A DNA stretch of 62,877 nucleotides, filler included, from Octopus bimaculoides (lineage: Eukaryota), in NCBI RefSeq assembly GCF_001194135.2. It is 9 parts of 8 records of this genome, joined end to end, with 100 filler letters (N's around TTAATTAATTAA, not from the genome) between each part and the next. Parts side by side here need not be neighbours in the genome. Positions count along the whole stretch, not along the records: positions 1 to 1,774 come from NC_069005.1; positions 1,875 to 8,180 come from NC_068982.1; positions 8,281 to 9,427 come from NC_068988.1; positions 9,528 to 31,736 come from NC_068990.1; 5 more parts are not named here. One strand, 5' to 3'. The notes under the pieces are model-generated. The model had not been told where the DNA came from. It saw nothing but the letters and a program-made list of their open reading frames with translations, and ran no database searches. Of the stretch, positions 1 to 11,195 are shown one piece after another (within the stretch, counting starts at the first letter, position 1; the number at the start of each line of letters is the position of its first letter). Position numbers and translations under genes: made by a program.

Positions 1-33
<33 letters not shown>

Positions 34-61
34 GTGTGCGTGTGTGCGTGCGCGCGTGTGT

Positions 62-225
62 ATGTATGTGTCGTAACTTAGCGGTTTGACAAAAAAGACC
101 AATAGAATGAGTGCCAGGTTTAAGAAATATATACTGGAGCCGATTCATTCGACTAAAAACTCTTCAAGGCATGCCTCAGCATGACCGCAGTCTTATGATT
201 GAAAGTAGTAAAGGATAAAAGATAA
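62..225 (+). mobile_element. 3' half of SINE family 1 (tRNA-headed SINE with internal microsatellite)
   Basis: Matches the 3' module of the other copies (gtaacttagcggtt...gaccaatagaat...ttcgactaaa...cagcatgaccgcagtc...aaaagataa) and follows a (TA)n/(TG)n tract. Confidence 0.8.
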
Positions 226-430
226 ACACACACACACACACACATAAATCAATACAAATTATAGATTATATGTAGTATATATCAAAAAGTGTACAGAACT
301 CGATACAAGAGCCTAGAATTAATCATATGTATGTAAATTAATACAAATTACAAGTTATACGAAGTATGTGTCAAAAGATATATATAAAACCCAATATAAA
401 AAAGGTAGAGTAATTTATATATTTTTTTTT

Positions 431-831
431 ATCTTTTATTTGTATGTCATTAGACTGTGGCCATGCTGGGGCACTGCCTTGAAGAATTTTTAGTCAAATG
501 AATCGACTCCAGGACTTATTTTTGTTAAAACTGGTATTAATTCTATTGCCGAACCGTTAAGTTAAGGGGACATAAACGTACCAGCAGCTGTTGTCAAGCG
601 GTGGTGGGAGACAAACACAAACACAAAGACACACACTCACACCCACACAGATAGATATACATGTATACAACGGGCTTCTTTCAGTTTCCATCTTCCAAAA
701 TCCATTCACAAGGTTTTGGTCAGCCTGAGGCTATTTTACAAGACACTTGTCCAAAATGTCACGCAGTAGGACTGAACCCGGAACCATGTGGTTGAGAAGC
801 AAGCGTGTTACTACACAGCTACGCCTGCGCC
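431..831 (-). mobile_element. Near full-length SINE family 1 copy
   Basis: Reverse complement begins ggcgcaggcgtagctgtgtagtaac..ggttccgggttcagtcc (tRNA-like A/B boxes), then a CORE-like segment, an internal (CA)n tract and the shared 3' module. Same layout as the 16043 and 48053 copies. Confidence 0.85.
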
Positions 832-1100
832 TACGTGTTTATATCAGTGCAAACTACAGATAACTGTTGTTTCATTTCACGGTAGACATTTATTGGAGCC
901 GTTGCTGACTTATTCATCTCATTGCTAGCAAAGTAAACAAAAGATCTGATAAATGACATTCGTGACATGAATCGTAAAAGGTACCTACCATGCATAATCT
1001 GTCGTGTGTTTAACTTTATATGTACATGAATAGACTGTCCTGTCGTAGGCGATAGATGAGGTTTCTGCAAATTCTTACTGAACAACCTCCATATGCCCAC

Positions 1101-1330
1101 GGGCATATGGCGTAGTGGTTAAGAGCTCAGGCTACTAACCCCAAGATTCCGAGTTCGATTCCAAGCAGTAACCTGAATAATAATAATAACATCGAAAAAT
1201 ACCTTAGGAATGAGAACCCAGGTTCGAAATTTCCTTAAGACACCTGATGAAGGCTGGAGGGTATATCAGCCGAAACGTTGTATTAACAACAGACAAGATG
1301 AGGACAAATATCTGTCAATTGTAAATAATG
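1101..1330 (+). mobile_element. tRNA-derived SINE (family 2) with a Penelope-type hammerhead-like 3' region
   Basis: A-box tggcgtagtgg 1108-1118, B-box gagttcgattcc 1151-1162, (AAT)n, then CTGATGA-a-ggctg/cagcc-GAAAC at 1244-1276. Flanked by AACCTCCA at 1084-1091 and 1331-1338 (probable TSD). Confidence 0.75.
1239..1284 (+). ncRNA. Minimal type I hammerhead ribozyme motif (putative)
   Basis: gacac-CTGATGA-a-ggctg(gagggtatat)cagcc-GAAAC-GTT-gtatt. Conserved core, 5-bp stem II, palindromic loopless stem III (AACGTT), stem I gacac/gtatt with one mismatch. Confidence 0.55.
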
Positions 1331-1504
1331 AACCTCCACAAATAATTAGTTTTTTTATAATGATCAAATGTTTTTACAGCACGTTAGCTGCTTCTCTTCA
1401 TCAAATCGATTTTTTTTTCCTAAGGGGAAAATATTTATTTTATTTGTAATCTTTATCATCTTAATCAAGTGGCAGGAAAACAGACAAACTTTGAGTTTTA
1501 GTAT

Positions 1505-1735
1505 AATGTGTGTATGTGTGTGTATGTGACTTTGTATCAGTGTTTATCCCACCTCCATCACCGTTTGACAACCGGGGTTAGTGTGTTTACGTCCCTGTAA
1601 CTAAGCAGTCCGATAGTATAAGTACTAGGCTTAAGAAATAAGTCCTGAGATTGATTTATTCGACTAAAACCCTTCAAGGCGGTACTCCAGCATGGCCGCA
1701 TTCAAATGACTGAAACAAATAAAAGAATAAAAGAA
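1505..1735 (+). mobile_element. 3' half of SINE family 1
   Basis: tgacaaccggggttagtgtgtttacgtccctgtaac...ttcgactaaaacccttcaaggcggtactccagcatggccgca...gaaacaaataaaagaataaaaga; CpGs are retained. Confidence 0.85.
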
Positions 1736-3473
1736 TATATGTATGTATGTGTATATATATATATATATATATATNNNNNNNNNNNNNNNNNNNNNNNNNN
1801 NNNNNNNNNNNNNNNNNNTTAATTAATTAANNNNNNNNNNNNNNNNNNNNNNNNNNNNNNNNNNNNNNNNNNNNTATATATGCACAATACATAGAGAGAT
1901 AGCGAAGGATAGAGAGAGGGGGAGAGGGAGAGAGAGGGGGAGAGGGAGAGAGAGGGAGAGAGCCGAAGCGATTTAGTGCGATAAAGATGCCCGAGAGTGT
2001 ATATGTTGGAACATCCTGTCAGTAGATAAAGGTAGTTCTAAGTCAACATGAAAACCATGTCAAGATACTCTCTGCCGTATCTCTGTTACAGTCAGCTGGT
2101 TTGTTTTCTTTTGCTGAGATTTAACAGAATTCGTCAGATAAGTTTAGATAACACAGCCATGGGCGCATGGTGGGGCAGCGACAGTGGGAGATGGTGGAAT
2201 GGAGGGGGAGCATTTGTAGTAATAACGGAAATAGTAATTGTTTGAAATCTAGGCACCAGTTCAGCCATGTTTACGAGAGTCATGTCGTTAGTCGTGGATT
2301 AAATTGATCCTATGACTTATTGGCAGAATCTTTGGAACGCCGGAAAAAATGCCGGAGTTACCATTGTTTTCATCCTATCTGTATGCATAAAATAAACGAC
2401 CAGTCTTAAAGGATGTCGTCCGGCGAGCCAATGATTCTGCCATCTCGCAACCTTCTTTTATTTTATCATTAAATAACGAAAACTAAAGTTGAAACTAGCA
2501 AAATTAAATATCCGAACATAAGAAACCTGTTTTCTTGCATATCTATGCTGTATTTCTGCTCCACCACAACCAATTAAAAGGACATATTTTCAATAATGAA
2601 ACCTATTGGTATTTTAAAAGTAAATTGTTCAATCGATTCATCCTAAAATAATAATAATAATAATGATAATAATAATAATAATATTTTTTCCGCATATTTC
2701 ACGGTTCGCTCTGTCAACAAATTAGTGAAAATTTGATTGCTTTTACGTTTTACGTTTTAACCGCGAAATTCTCAAGAGACATCTCAGAATTTGATTCTTT
2801 CGACAAACAGTGTAAATTCATATCCAGTATGGAGACTTTGATAATTTTCGACCTTCGCTTATTCTCAAATATATCCACATTTACCGGCATTCCATGATAA
2901 TTCCTAGGTACGAGCTCGAGTTGACCTGCATCTGAACATCTGATTCAACACACACACACACACGTACACAGAGATTCAAACATACACACTCACATACATA
3001 TTAAGAGAAAAGGAAAGAGAGAGAGAGTGTGTGAAAGAGAGGAAGAGGAACAAAAAGAGAGCGACATAGAAAGGACGATATGTATATTCGACCGAAATGT
3101 TGATTGGTTCCGATACCTAAAATATGACATACAAACGTAGATATACAGACATACAAGCACACATACATATATACGCACATGCGGGCGCGCACGAACACAC
3201 ACAAACACTTACATGTAGTCTTTTATTGAAACTGAAAAACTTCTTAAACTGTTACTCAGAGTTTCACGTCATCGATCTTCCGTCCGATGATCAATAACCT
3301 AAAACTCAGTAAAACATTATATTTTACTCTACCTCAGGTATTCGAGTACTAATCTCTCCACCTTTTGCAACTATGTATTCCCCTCTGTATGTATGTATGT
3401 ATGTATACATGTCTGTGTACATATATGTACATACGTACATATGTATATATAAATTTGCATACTCATATACATG

Positions 3474-3524
<51 letters not shown>

Positions 3525-3595
3525 GTGTGGATATGAAGGAAATGAGACTATGGCAGAACTGAAAAGGAGTGGTGAGAGAAAATTATAGGAGAGAG

Positions 3596-3646
<51 letters not shown>

Positions 3647-4225
3647 ACACACACGCGTGAGCGCGCTTTCCCTCTTTACACGCTCACACACACACACAGA
3701 GAGTTATATATATATATATATATATAATTCTGTGTGAGTGTGTAAAGAGAAAAGAGCAAAGGAAAGAAGGAGAGAAAAAGAAAGAGAGATCGAGCTAGAA
3801 AAAGGTGGGAGATGTAGAGAACGGGGTAAGAGAGAGAGAGAGAGAGAGAAACTAACGGATGTATGAACTAGAATCAGCCAATACAAACGTCTATTGTCAA
3901 TAAACACCAAAACGAGGCCCAATGGCGCAGCTGTTTACCAATCAATGTACCATTGATTAAAACACGTCTAGTATTGTTGTTGTCGTTCTTGTTGTTGTTA
4001 ATGATGTTGTTGTCACTATGGTTAGTATTAATCCTTATCATGCTGTCGTTGTTGTTGTTGCTGTTGTTATTTATGTTTATTTTGTTGTTGTTGCCTCCCA
4101 GGCTAATGTTAACATTCGCGTTACTTAGGAAAGGATTTTTTTTACTCGTTTTGTTTATATATATATATATATATATTTCTTGTTTCACCAGACGTTGTTG
4201 TAGTAGTTGTTGTTCTTCTCGCTCT

Positions 4226-4297
<72 letters not shown>

Positions 4298-4555
4298 CAT
4301 TGTTGCTGCTGCTGCTGCTGCTGTTTCGCTAGTGTTTATGAGTTTGTTTTTAATTATTACAGTTCGTGTTATTGTTGTTATTGTTTTTGTGTGTGTTTTC
4401 CTTCACGAATGCCATTATTTTGTTTAATTCTTTGTTTTCTTAATTTATTTTCACTCTTCATTATTCATTTTTATTTTTCATATTTCTATAACATTTTGCA
4501 TTACTGTCGTTATGTGTCGTCCCNNNNNNNNNNCTCCTCCTCCTCCTTATCATCA

Positions 4556-4589
<34 letters not shown>

Positions 4590-4657
4590 CATTATTATTT
4601 ACTGGGATCGATAGTCTCGACTAAACCTTTCCCTGAAATTTCTAACCTTCATCGTCG

Positions 4658-4703
<46 letters not shown>

Positions 4704-5499
4704 TTATTTGTTGATTTGTGTTGGTTGTGCTTCCCTTCGGTTCCCACAAGTTTCTTCGGTTTTTGTTTTGTTAAGATTTTTTGTGCAATGCTTTAAATAA
4801 GGACTCCCTAATTCACTGCGCAAAGTGAGGGAGGTCATCACAGATAATCCTTACAAACCACCATTTCTGAGGGACGGGGCACAAAACTTTTAACATCATA
4901 TTTTTTCATGTCTAAAATAATACCGTTGCAAGAAAAAATACGCCACTAATAGACTATGCGACATAGTAGTGGACAAAAGGTGTTCCTATCACTACCAGTC
5001 TTCTTAGTGAGAACTTCTCTCCTGTTTGTTCAGATATCTCTGCCGCCAACAGCACCGAAGCATCCAGATCTAATAGAGATACCAATGGCAGTGATATTGA
5101 AAACAGATCATGTAGTTCTGCGGATGTTAAGCTAGTATTTATAGGAGGGGCGAACGCGAGATCTGCAACAACGACTGAAACAGTAACAACAGTTACAATT
5201 TCTTCCTTTACAACAATATCATGTTAACGACAGTAACATGTATGAAGCGAACAACCAAGTTTTTAACAACAGCAACAACAACTTGAACAACAACAATAGC
5301 AACGACAACGACACGACATAAACAACTCCTACAGCAGAAACAACTGCTGCAGAAATGGCGATAAGAGTAGTAGCAGGAGGGGGAAAAAACGCAATCGCTC
5401 CAAAAACAACAACAGCAGCAGCAGTTGTAGCAACTTTGGCATGATTTCCTTCGTGGAGTGGCCTCCCATAGCAAACAGTATAGCTGCATAACTGGAGAA

Positions 5500-6010
5500 T
5501 GAACAGCCAAAGCTACAGTTAAGAAAAACTGAGAGAAGGATGTTGCTCTAGCGCTCTCAGGATATTTCAGCTGGAACGGCTAGAAAGACAATTATATGTT
5601 GATGTGTGTCTTTAAAAAGTCATCACCTGGAAAAAGTGACGCACCAACAAGTGAAGAGGGCTCACCGTAATATATGGCAAGGCATCTGTCACATATCCAG
5701 AGCAAAGCAGTTTGGTGGGGTTGACATTATATTTAAGGCTGAGGCCATCACACTGCAACATTCTGTTCGCTCTCTTTTCTACGTACGTGGAAAAGGAACT
5801 GTCAGATTAAGAATACCGGATCTGAATCTCTGGTGGATGCGAGCTAGTGTTGTACCGGAAAGGAGCGATGCTCTCTTGGATACCAAAAGGTCGAAGCTAG
5901 ACAACTGGTTTGGGACTATACGGGAGATCCTTCTCCAAGTTAAACGGGGACACATAAAAAGAATTCCAGCCCTCATCTCGTTGCAGAAGAGTTGAGAAAA
6001 GAAGGCCCAA
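5500..6010 (+). mobile_element. Degenerate non-LTR retrotransposon fragment, post-RT region (Tx1/L1-like)
   Basis: ORF 5606-5995 contains IWQG..CHISRAKQFGGVDIIFKAEAITLQHSVRSL, resembling the FLW..PK..GGLG....AL motif after the RT of Tx1/L1 elements. Confidence 0.5.
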
Positions 6011-6352
6011 GTTGTCCTTATGTGGTACCAGCAATCATCCGAGATATCCCTGCCTACAAAACTAAAACAGGACAAGGAAAAGAAGGGGACCAATGCCGCA
6101 ACAACAGCGTGCAATAGCATAAGCAGCAGCAGCAGTAGCAGCAACAGCAACAGCAGGAGCCAGGAAAGGAAGAGCAATAATGACATCAAAACCAACATTA
6201 ACAACAGCAACAGTGGCAGCACTTACAATTATAGTGGCAACCATATTAACAATATTGTACATTAACAATATTGTCCGCAATTGCACCTCTGTGTTATCAT
6301 ACAGAAGAAATTCAAGACAAAAATTGCCAGTCACGAGAAATGCCAACCCAGC

Positions 6353-6388
<36 letters not shown>

Positions 6389-6889
6389 ACACACACACAC
6401 ATACACACACACACACACACACACCCTGTCCCTCTCTCTTTCTCTGTCTTTCTCTTTGCTCTTTTCCCTCTTTCTACATGCGTAAACACGGAGATATATA
6501 TATGAACGTTATCTTCATATGCCAGAGATGTTTAGAGATCGCTTGGCAGATGGCTACTGCAACTAGCAACAGAATGGGACAGTTCCCAGTTCTGTGAGCT
6601 GAGAAGTGTAGGTTCTGACGAATAAGGACCCAGGTTATAAATTTATGGATGATAGTTCTTTTCTTTCTTTTTTTTCTTCTCTTCCGGAGGAAGCGCGATT
6701 AGGTACGGCCTGGCTAAGCAATACTGCTTACTCAGATTGAGCTTTGCATTGCTTTCTAATCCTAAGTCAATCCACAATTGCAGAACATGGAATTGATTTT
6801 TGGTTTTGTGCCAACTGATGATTAGCTGATGATGTCGTTACTGTACTTCTTGCTATTCTCGAAACAACGAACTTAGCACCTGAGCAACT

Positions 6890-8180
6890 CTAGACCCCTA
6901 TAACAACTGAAGAGGTTACCCAGGCACTGCAAAGACTAAGCAACTGGAAGGCACCTGGGCACGACAACTTCTGGTTAAAATATCTGACAGGAATAGACAA
7001 AACGCTGGCTGAAAACTTTAACGACATACTAGCAGAGCCAGAGACGATGCCTGAATGGCTCACGAAAGGGAAAACTATCCTAATTCCCAAATCCACTGAA
7101 ACGGAGAAACCACAAAACTACAGACCTATAACCTGTCTCCCTACAATCTACAAAGCCTTTACTGCAATAATATCGCAGAGACTGAACAAGCACCTGGAAG
7201 AAAACAACCTGTTTCCAGAAGAGCAGAAGGTATGCTGCAAGGGCTCATACGGCTGTAAAGATCAATTAATGATCAATAAAGCCATAACTAAAGACAGCCG
7301 CAAAAAGAAGAAAGGCCTCAGTATGGCCTGGACCGACTACCGAAAGGCTTTTGATAGTGTTCCCCACACATGGATCCTCAAAACGCTAGCCATAAACAAG
7401 GTAGCACCAATAATTATAAAATACAAAAGGCACTCTATGAGTAAATGGCAGACAGTGCTACAGCTCCAAACAAAAGAGGGACTCGTGAAAACCAAAGCCA
7501 TCCCCATTAGAAGAAAAATATTCCAGGGAGACACGCTCTCTCCACTCCTGTTCTGCTTGGCACTGACACCTTTATCTGACTTGCTAAATAGAACTGGATG
7601 TGGATACAAATGTTACGGCAAAACAATCAGCCACCTTTTATATATGGATGACCTAAAACTATACGCTACAAATGATAAACAGCTGGAAACACTACTATAG
7701 ACAGTAGTATTTACCAAAGAAATGGATTTACCAAAGAAATAGATATAAAATTTGGATTAGAAACATGTGCCAAAGCAACCCTGAAAAGAGGAAAACTAGT
7801 TAAGAGTAGCAACGTCACACTAGATAAAGTCAATAAAATAAGAGAATTAGACCAAAGCCAAACATATAAATATTTAGGAATCAATGAACTAGATAGGATA
7901 CAACACACACAAATGAAAGAGAAAATATAGAAAGAATACTATAGACGAGTTAGATCAATACTGAAAACAGAGCTCAATGCTAAAATCAAGATAATAGGTA
8001 TTAACACTTTAGCCGTCCCAGTTATAAATTACAGCTATAATATCCTTAACTGGACACTAAATGAACTAACCAAAATAGACTGGAAAACAAGAAAAATAAT
8101 GACAGGATCTAGATGCACCACCCAAAATCTGACATAGAAAGGCTATATATACAACGTATAGAAGGTAGTAGAGGCCTTAT
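6890..8180 (+). mobile_element. 5'-truncated R4/Dong-like non-LTR retrotransposon RT region (3' end lost in gap)
   Basis: Motifs SNWKAPG, NYRPITCL, EQK.C.KGSYGCKDQL, DYRKAFDSVPH, IFQGDTLSPLLF, ISHLLYMDDLKLY; continues after a frameshift as FGLETCAK..YKYLG..HHPKSDIERLY. Has stops and frameshifts. Confidence 0.85.
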
Positions 8181-8280
8181 NNNNNNNNNNNNNNNNNNNN
8201 NNNNNNNNNNNNNNNNNNNNNNNNTTAATTAATTAANNNNNNNNNNNNNNNNNNNNNNNNNNNNNNNNNNNNNNNNNNNN

Positions 8281-8582
8281 GTGCAAGTGGCTGAGCACTC
8301 CACAGACACGTGTACCCTTAACGTAGTTCTCAGGGATATTCAGCGTGACACAGTGTGACAGGGCTGACCCTTTGAATTACAGGCACAGCAGAAACAGGAA
8401 GTAAGAGTGAGAGAAAGTTGTGGTGAAAGAGTACAGCAGGGTTCACCACCATCCTCTGCCGGAGCCGCGTGGGGCTTTAGGTGTTTTCACTCAATAAACA
8501 CTCAACGCCCGGTCTGGGAATCGAAACTGCGATTCTATGATCGCGAGTCCACTGCCCTAACCACTGGGCCATTGCGCCTCCA
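8281..8582 (-). mobile_element. tRNA-derived SINE family 3
   Basis: Minus strand starts tggaggcgcaatggcccagtggttaggg..gtttcgattcc (A/B boxes). The 3' module ccctgagaactacgttaaggg..cagccacttgcac is shared with the 15332 copy. Confidence 0.8.
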
Positions 8583-9212
8583 ACTGTCAAGGTTAACTTG
8601 GACTAAATAACAACAGCAGTTACAGTACTTAAAGTATGTGCTGCCTTAGCTAATCTTTGAGGTTACTGCCCTTCTTACTCGTAGCGGTCCCAACAAAAAC
8701 TACATGTTGCACAGACCCAAAAGTACTGCCCCTATAAAAGTGTTGCCCATGATAACATCCCCCCTCACCCACTCGCTCCACCCCTTACTTCACTGCCCCC
8801 CTCACCTCCCCTATACACCTTCGAGCTATGCTGTTGACAACAATGTAACAATAACAGCTGCAAATCGCATTAACTGCACCAACAGAATCAACAACAACAA
8901 CAAAAGAAAAAAACACAACACCAACAACTAAGAAAAGCATTAACCACAAGATCAACAACATCAACGACAACCACAACAAAAGCCGACAAGAAATCCTTTA
9001 TGTAGTCAATCAACTTGCTAGAAATAGCAGCCAAATCACCTTCAAATTGTTGCCCACCATCTTAAAAAAGAAAGCCAACATTGGATAATGAAGTCTTAAG
9101 TATCTAGGAAAAAGAAAAGAAGAAAAAAACATGATGGTCATGGCTGGAATACTTTTCATCTGAGATTTGTTTGATGAAGGCCGACGTAGCATTAAACAAC
9201 AACCATAACACT

Positions 9213-9427
9213 CATCATCATCATCGTTTAACGTCCGCTTTCCATGCTAGCATGGGTTGGACGATTTGACTGAGGACTGGTGGAGCCTGAAGGCTGCACC
9301 AGGCTCCAATCTGATTTGGCAGAGTTTCTACAGCTGGATGCCCTTCCTAGTACCAACCACTCCCGAGAGTGTAGTGGGTGCTTTTACGTGCCACCCGCAC
9401 GAAGGCCAGTCAGGCGATACTGGCAAC
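9213..9427 (-). mobile_element. RTE-type 3' tail element ending in (GAT)n
   Basis: Reverse complement of ..ggaagggcatccagctgtagaaactctgccaaatcag..cgtccaacccatgctagcatggaaagcggacgttaaacgatgatg; near-identical to the copies at 16641, 31505 and 61272. Confidence 0.85.
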
Positions 9428-9527
9428 NNNNNNNNNNNNNNNNNNNNNNNNNNNNNNNNNNNNNNNNNNNNTTAATTAATTAANNNNNNNNNNNNNNNNN
9501 NNNNNNNNNNNNNNNNNNNNNNNNNNN

Positions 9528-9560
<33 letters not shown>

Positions 9561-9589
9561 TGTGTGTGTGTATGTGTGTGTGTGTGTTT

Positions 9590-9770
9590 GTTTGTGCATA
9601 TGTTTGTCCCCCCATCACTGCTTGACAACCAGTGTTGGTGTGTTTATATCCCCGTAACGTAGTGGTTTGGCAAAAGAGCCCAATGAAATAAATACTAGGC
9701 TTAAAAAACAAATGTCGGGGTTGATTTGTTTGACTAAAACCCTACAATGCAGTAAAAGAATAAAATAACA
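9590..9770 (+). mobile_element. 3' half of SINE family 1
   Basis: tttgtcccccatcactgcttgacaaccagtgttggtgtg...aataaatactaggctt...tttgactaaaacc, with CpG to TpG/CpA changes. Confidence 0.75.
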
Positions 9771-10204
9771 TTGTATACATAATTTTATGTACACTTTCCA
9801 TGCTGGCACATATCTTTCAATTTTCATTTAGTTTCTGTTGCTGTATGCTCCCCCTCGCATCAATTTCTTTACAGAATGCACTTTACAGAGTGCATCAACT
9901 ATTTTACAGAATGATAGTGTCACAATAAAAGAACCCTGTGCATTTTTGTGACATTTGCTCTAGAGTAGTTGCCAGGTCAGACACGCTCTAGATCACACTT
10001 TACAGAATATATTGCTTGAATGAATTCATAGAACCGACAATAAGACTGCCTCATTCCTTGGAGATTAGAGAGATATTACCATTGTTAACATTTTGTTTAC
10101 TTAGGGTTAAGTGGCTGAGGAGATGATTGGAAGGGACAGGTGATGGCAGAAGAAGAATCAGAATGAGTGTGAGAGGAGAGTGATTGGGATGAGAAGATTG
10201 TAGA

Positions 10205-10249
<45 letters not shown>

Positions 10250-10620
10250 CAGAGAGAGACAGAGAGAGAGGGATAAATGACAAGAGTGAATAATGGATGT
10301 CCATGCTATGCAGTCAAAGTGGGGGCGTGTTCAACTACTTTCAGAGTACACTAGGTACTTCAGGGGCAAGGGTAGAAAGGATGTGCAAGTGAGTGAAATG
10401 TGTGTGCGTGTGTGTGTGTGTGAATGTAATGCATATATCTGTGTATGCACATATGTATAGTGGGTGCCCATGTGTATAGTGTGTGTGTGTGTAAAAGATA
10501 AATATATATAGTCATATATGAATAGCAACCTATATCTTTTTTGTTATACTCCTCTTCTATAGGGTTGTATTCATTATCAATAACACACTGGGTATTGTGT
10601 GTGTGTATGTGTGTGTGTTT

Positions 10621-10661
<41 letters not shown>

Positions 10662-10929
10662 TGTGTGTGTGCATGCGCATGTGTGTGCATGCACCTGCAC
10701 ATAATTGCGACTGCTACTTTATATGAGATGAGCAGGGGTTACATTCCTGAACCGCAACTCTGTTCACTTGGCTGACAGTGCTCTGAAGATTTGAAAGTAA
10801 TAAGGTATCTTTAGGCAGTGTAATTGGTATAGATGATCAGTTATCACCTCTTATACATATAAGATAGGTGACATTATTTGACATTCTCAGAAAAGCAATT
10901 CTGGCATCTCTTGGCAGGTAATATTAGCT

Positions 10930-11195
10930 TATTCCTTTTATTTAAGACAAGATTACCTACCATCTTTCCAACAACAACCTTGGGCACCTTTTTGAAAACC
11001 ATATGACAAACACTCGCAGACATGCTTATAAAATCAAAAAGACAACACAGCACCCATGACTTTCAGAAACATTTTTTCACATTCAGAATTGCTGAAGGAT
11101 GGAATAAACTATCTACATCAGTTGTTAGCTGTCGAGACATTACATCCTTCAAAACTTCCATGCTTCCTGAAATCTGCCAACAGTACACCTGATGG
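10930..11195 (+). mobile_element. CR1/L2-clade LINE 3' end relic
   Basis: Translates TRRHAYKIKK..FQKHFFTFRIAEGWNKLSTSVVSCRDITSFKTSM, matching the TRGH..KL..FF..RV...WN.L...VV....FK C-terminal motif of CR1-type ORF2. Confidence 0.7.

Noticed and set aside
1101-1172. tRNA gene calls for SINE heads (also 8582, 12425, 16043, 48053)
   Set aside because: A/B boxes are present, but the acceptor stems are broken and the sequences run on into SINE bodies.
3870-3960. Three CCAAT motifs and an 8-bp hairpin (aatcaatg/cattgatt)
   Set aside because: Short motifs that are expected by chance in AT-rich DNA, with no linked exon.
5034-5225. Acceptor-like site and Ser/Thr-rich frame on +; TATA-like motif on minus
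   Set aside because: No recognisable protein, no good donor, and it merges into (AAC)n low-complexity sequence.
6820-6875. CTGATGA...GAAAC as a hammerhead
   Set aside because: No credible stem II or stem I. The CTGATGA hits on minus at ~44075 and ~45885 also lack a GAAA partner.
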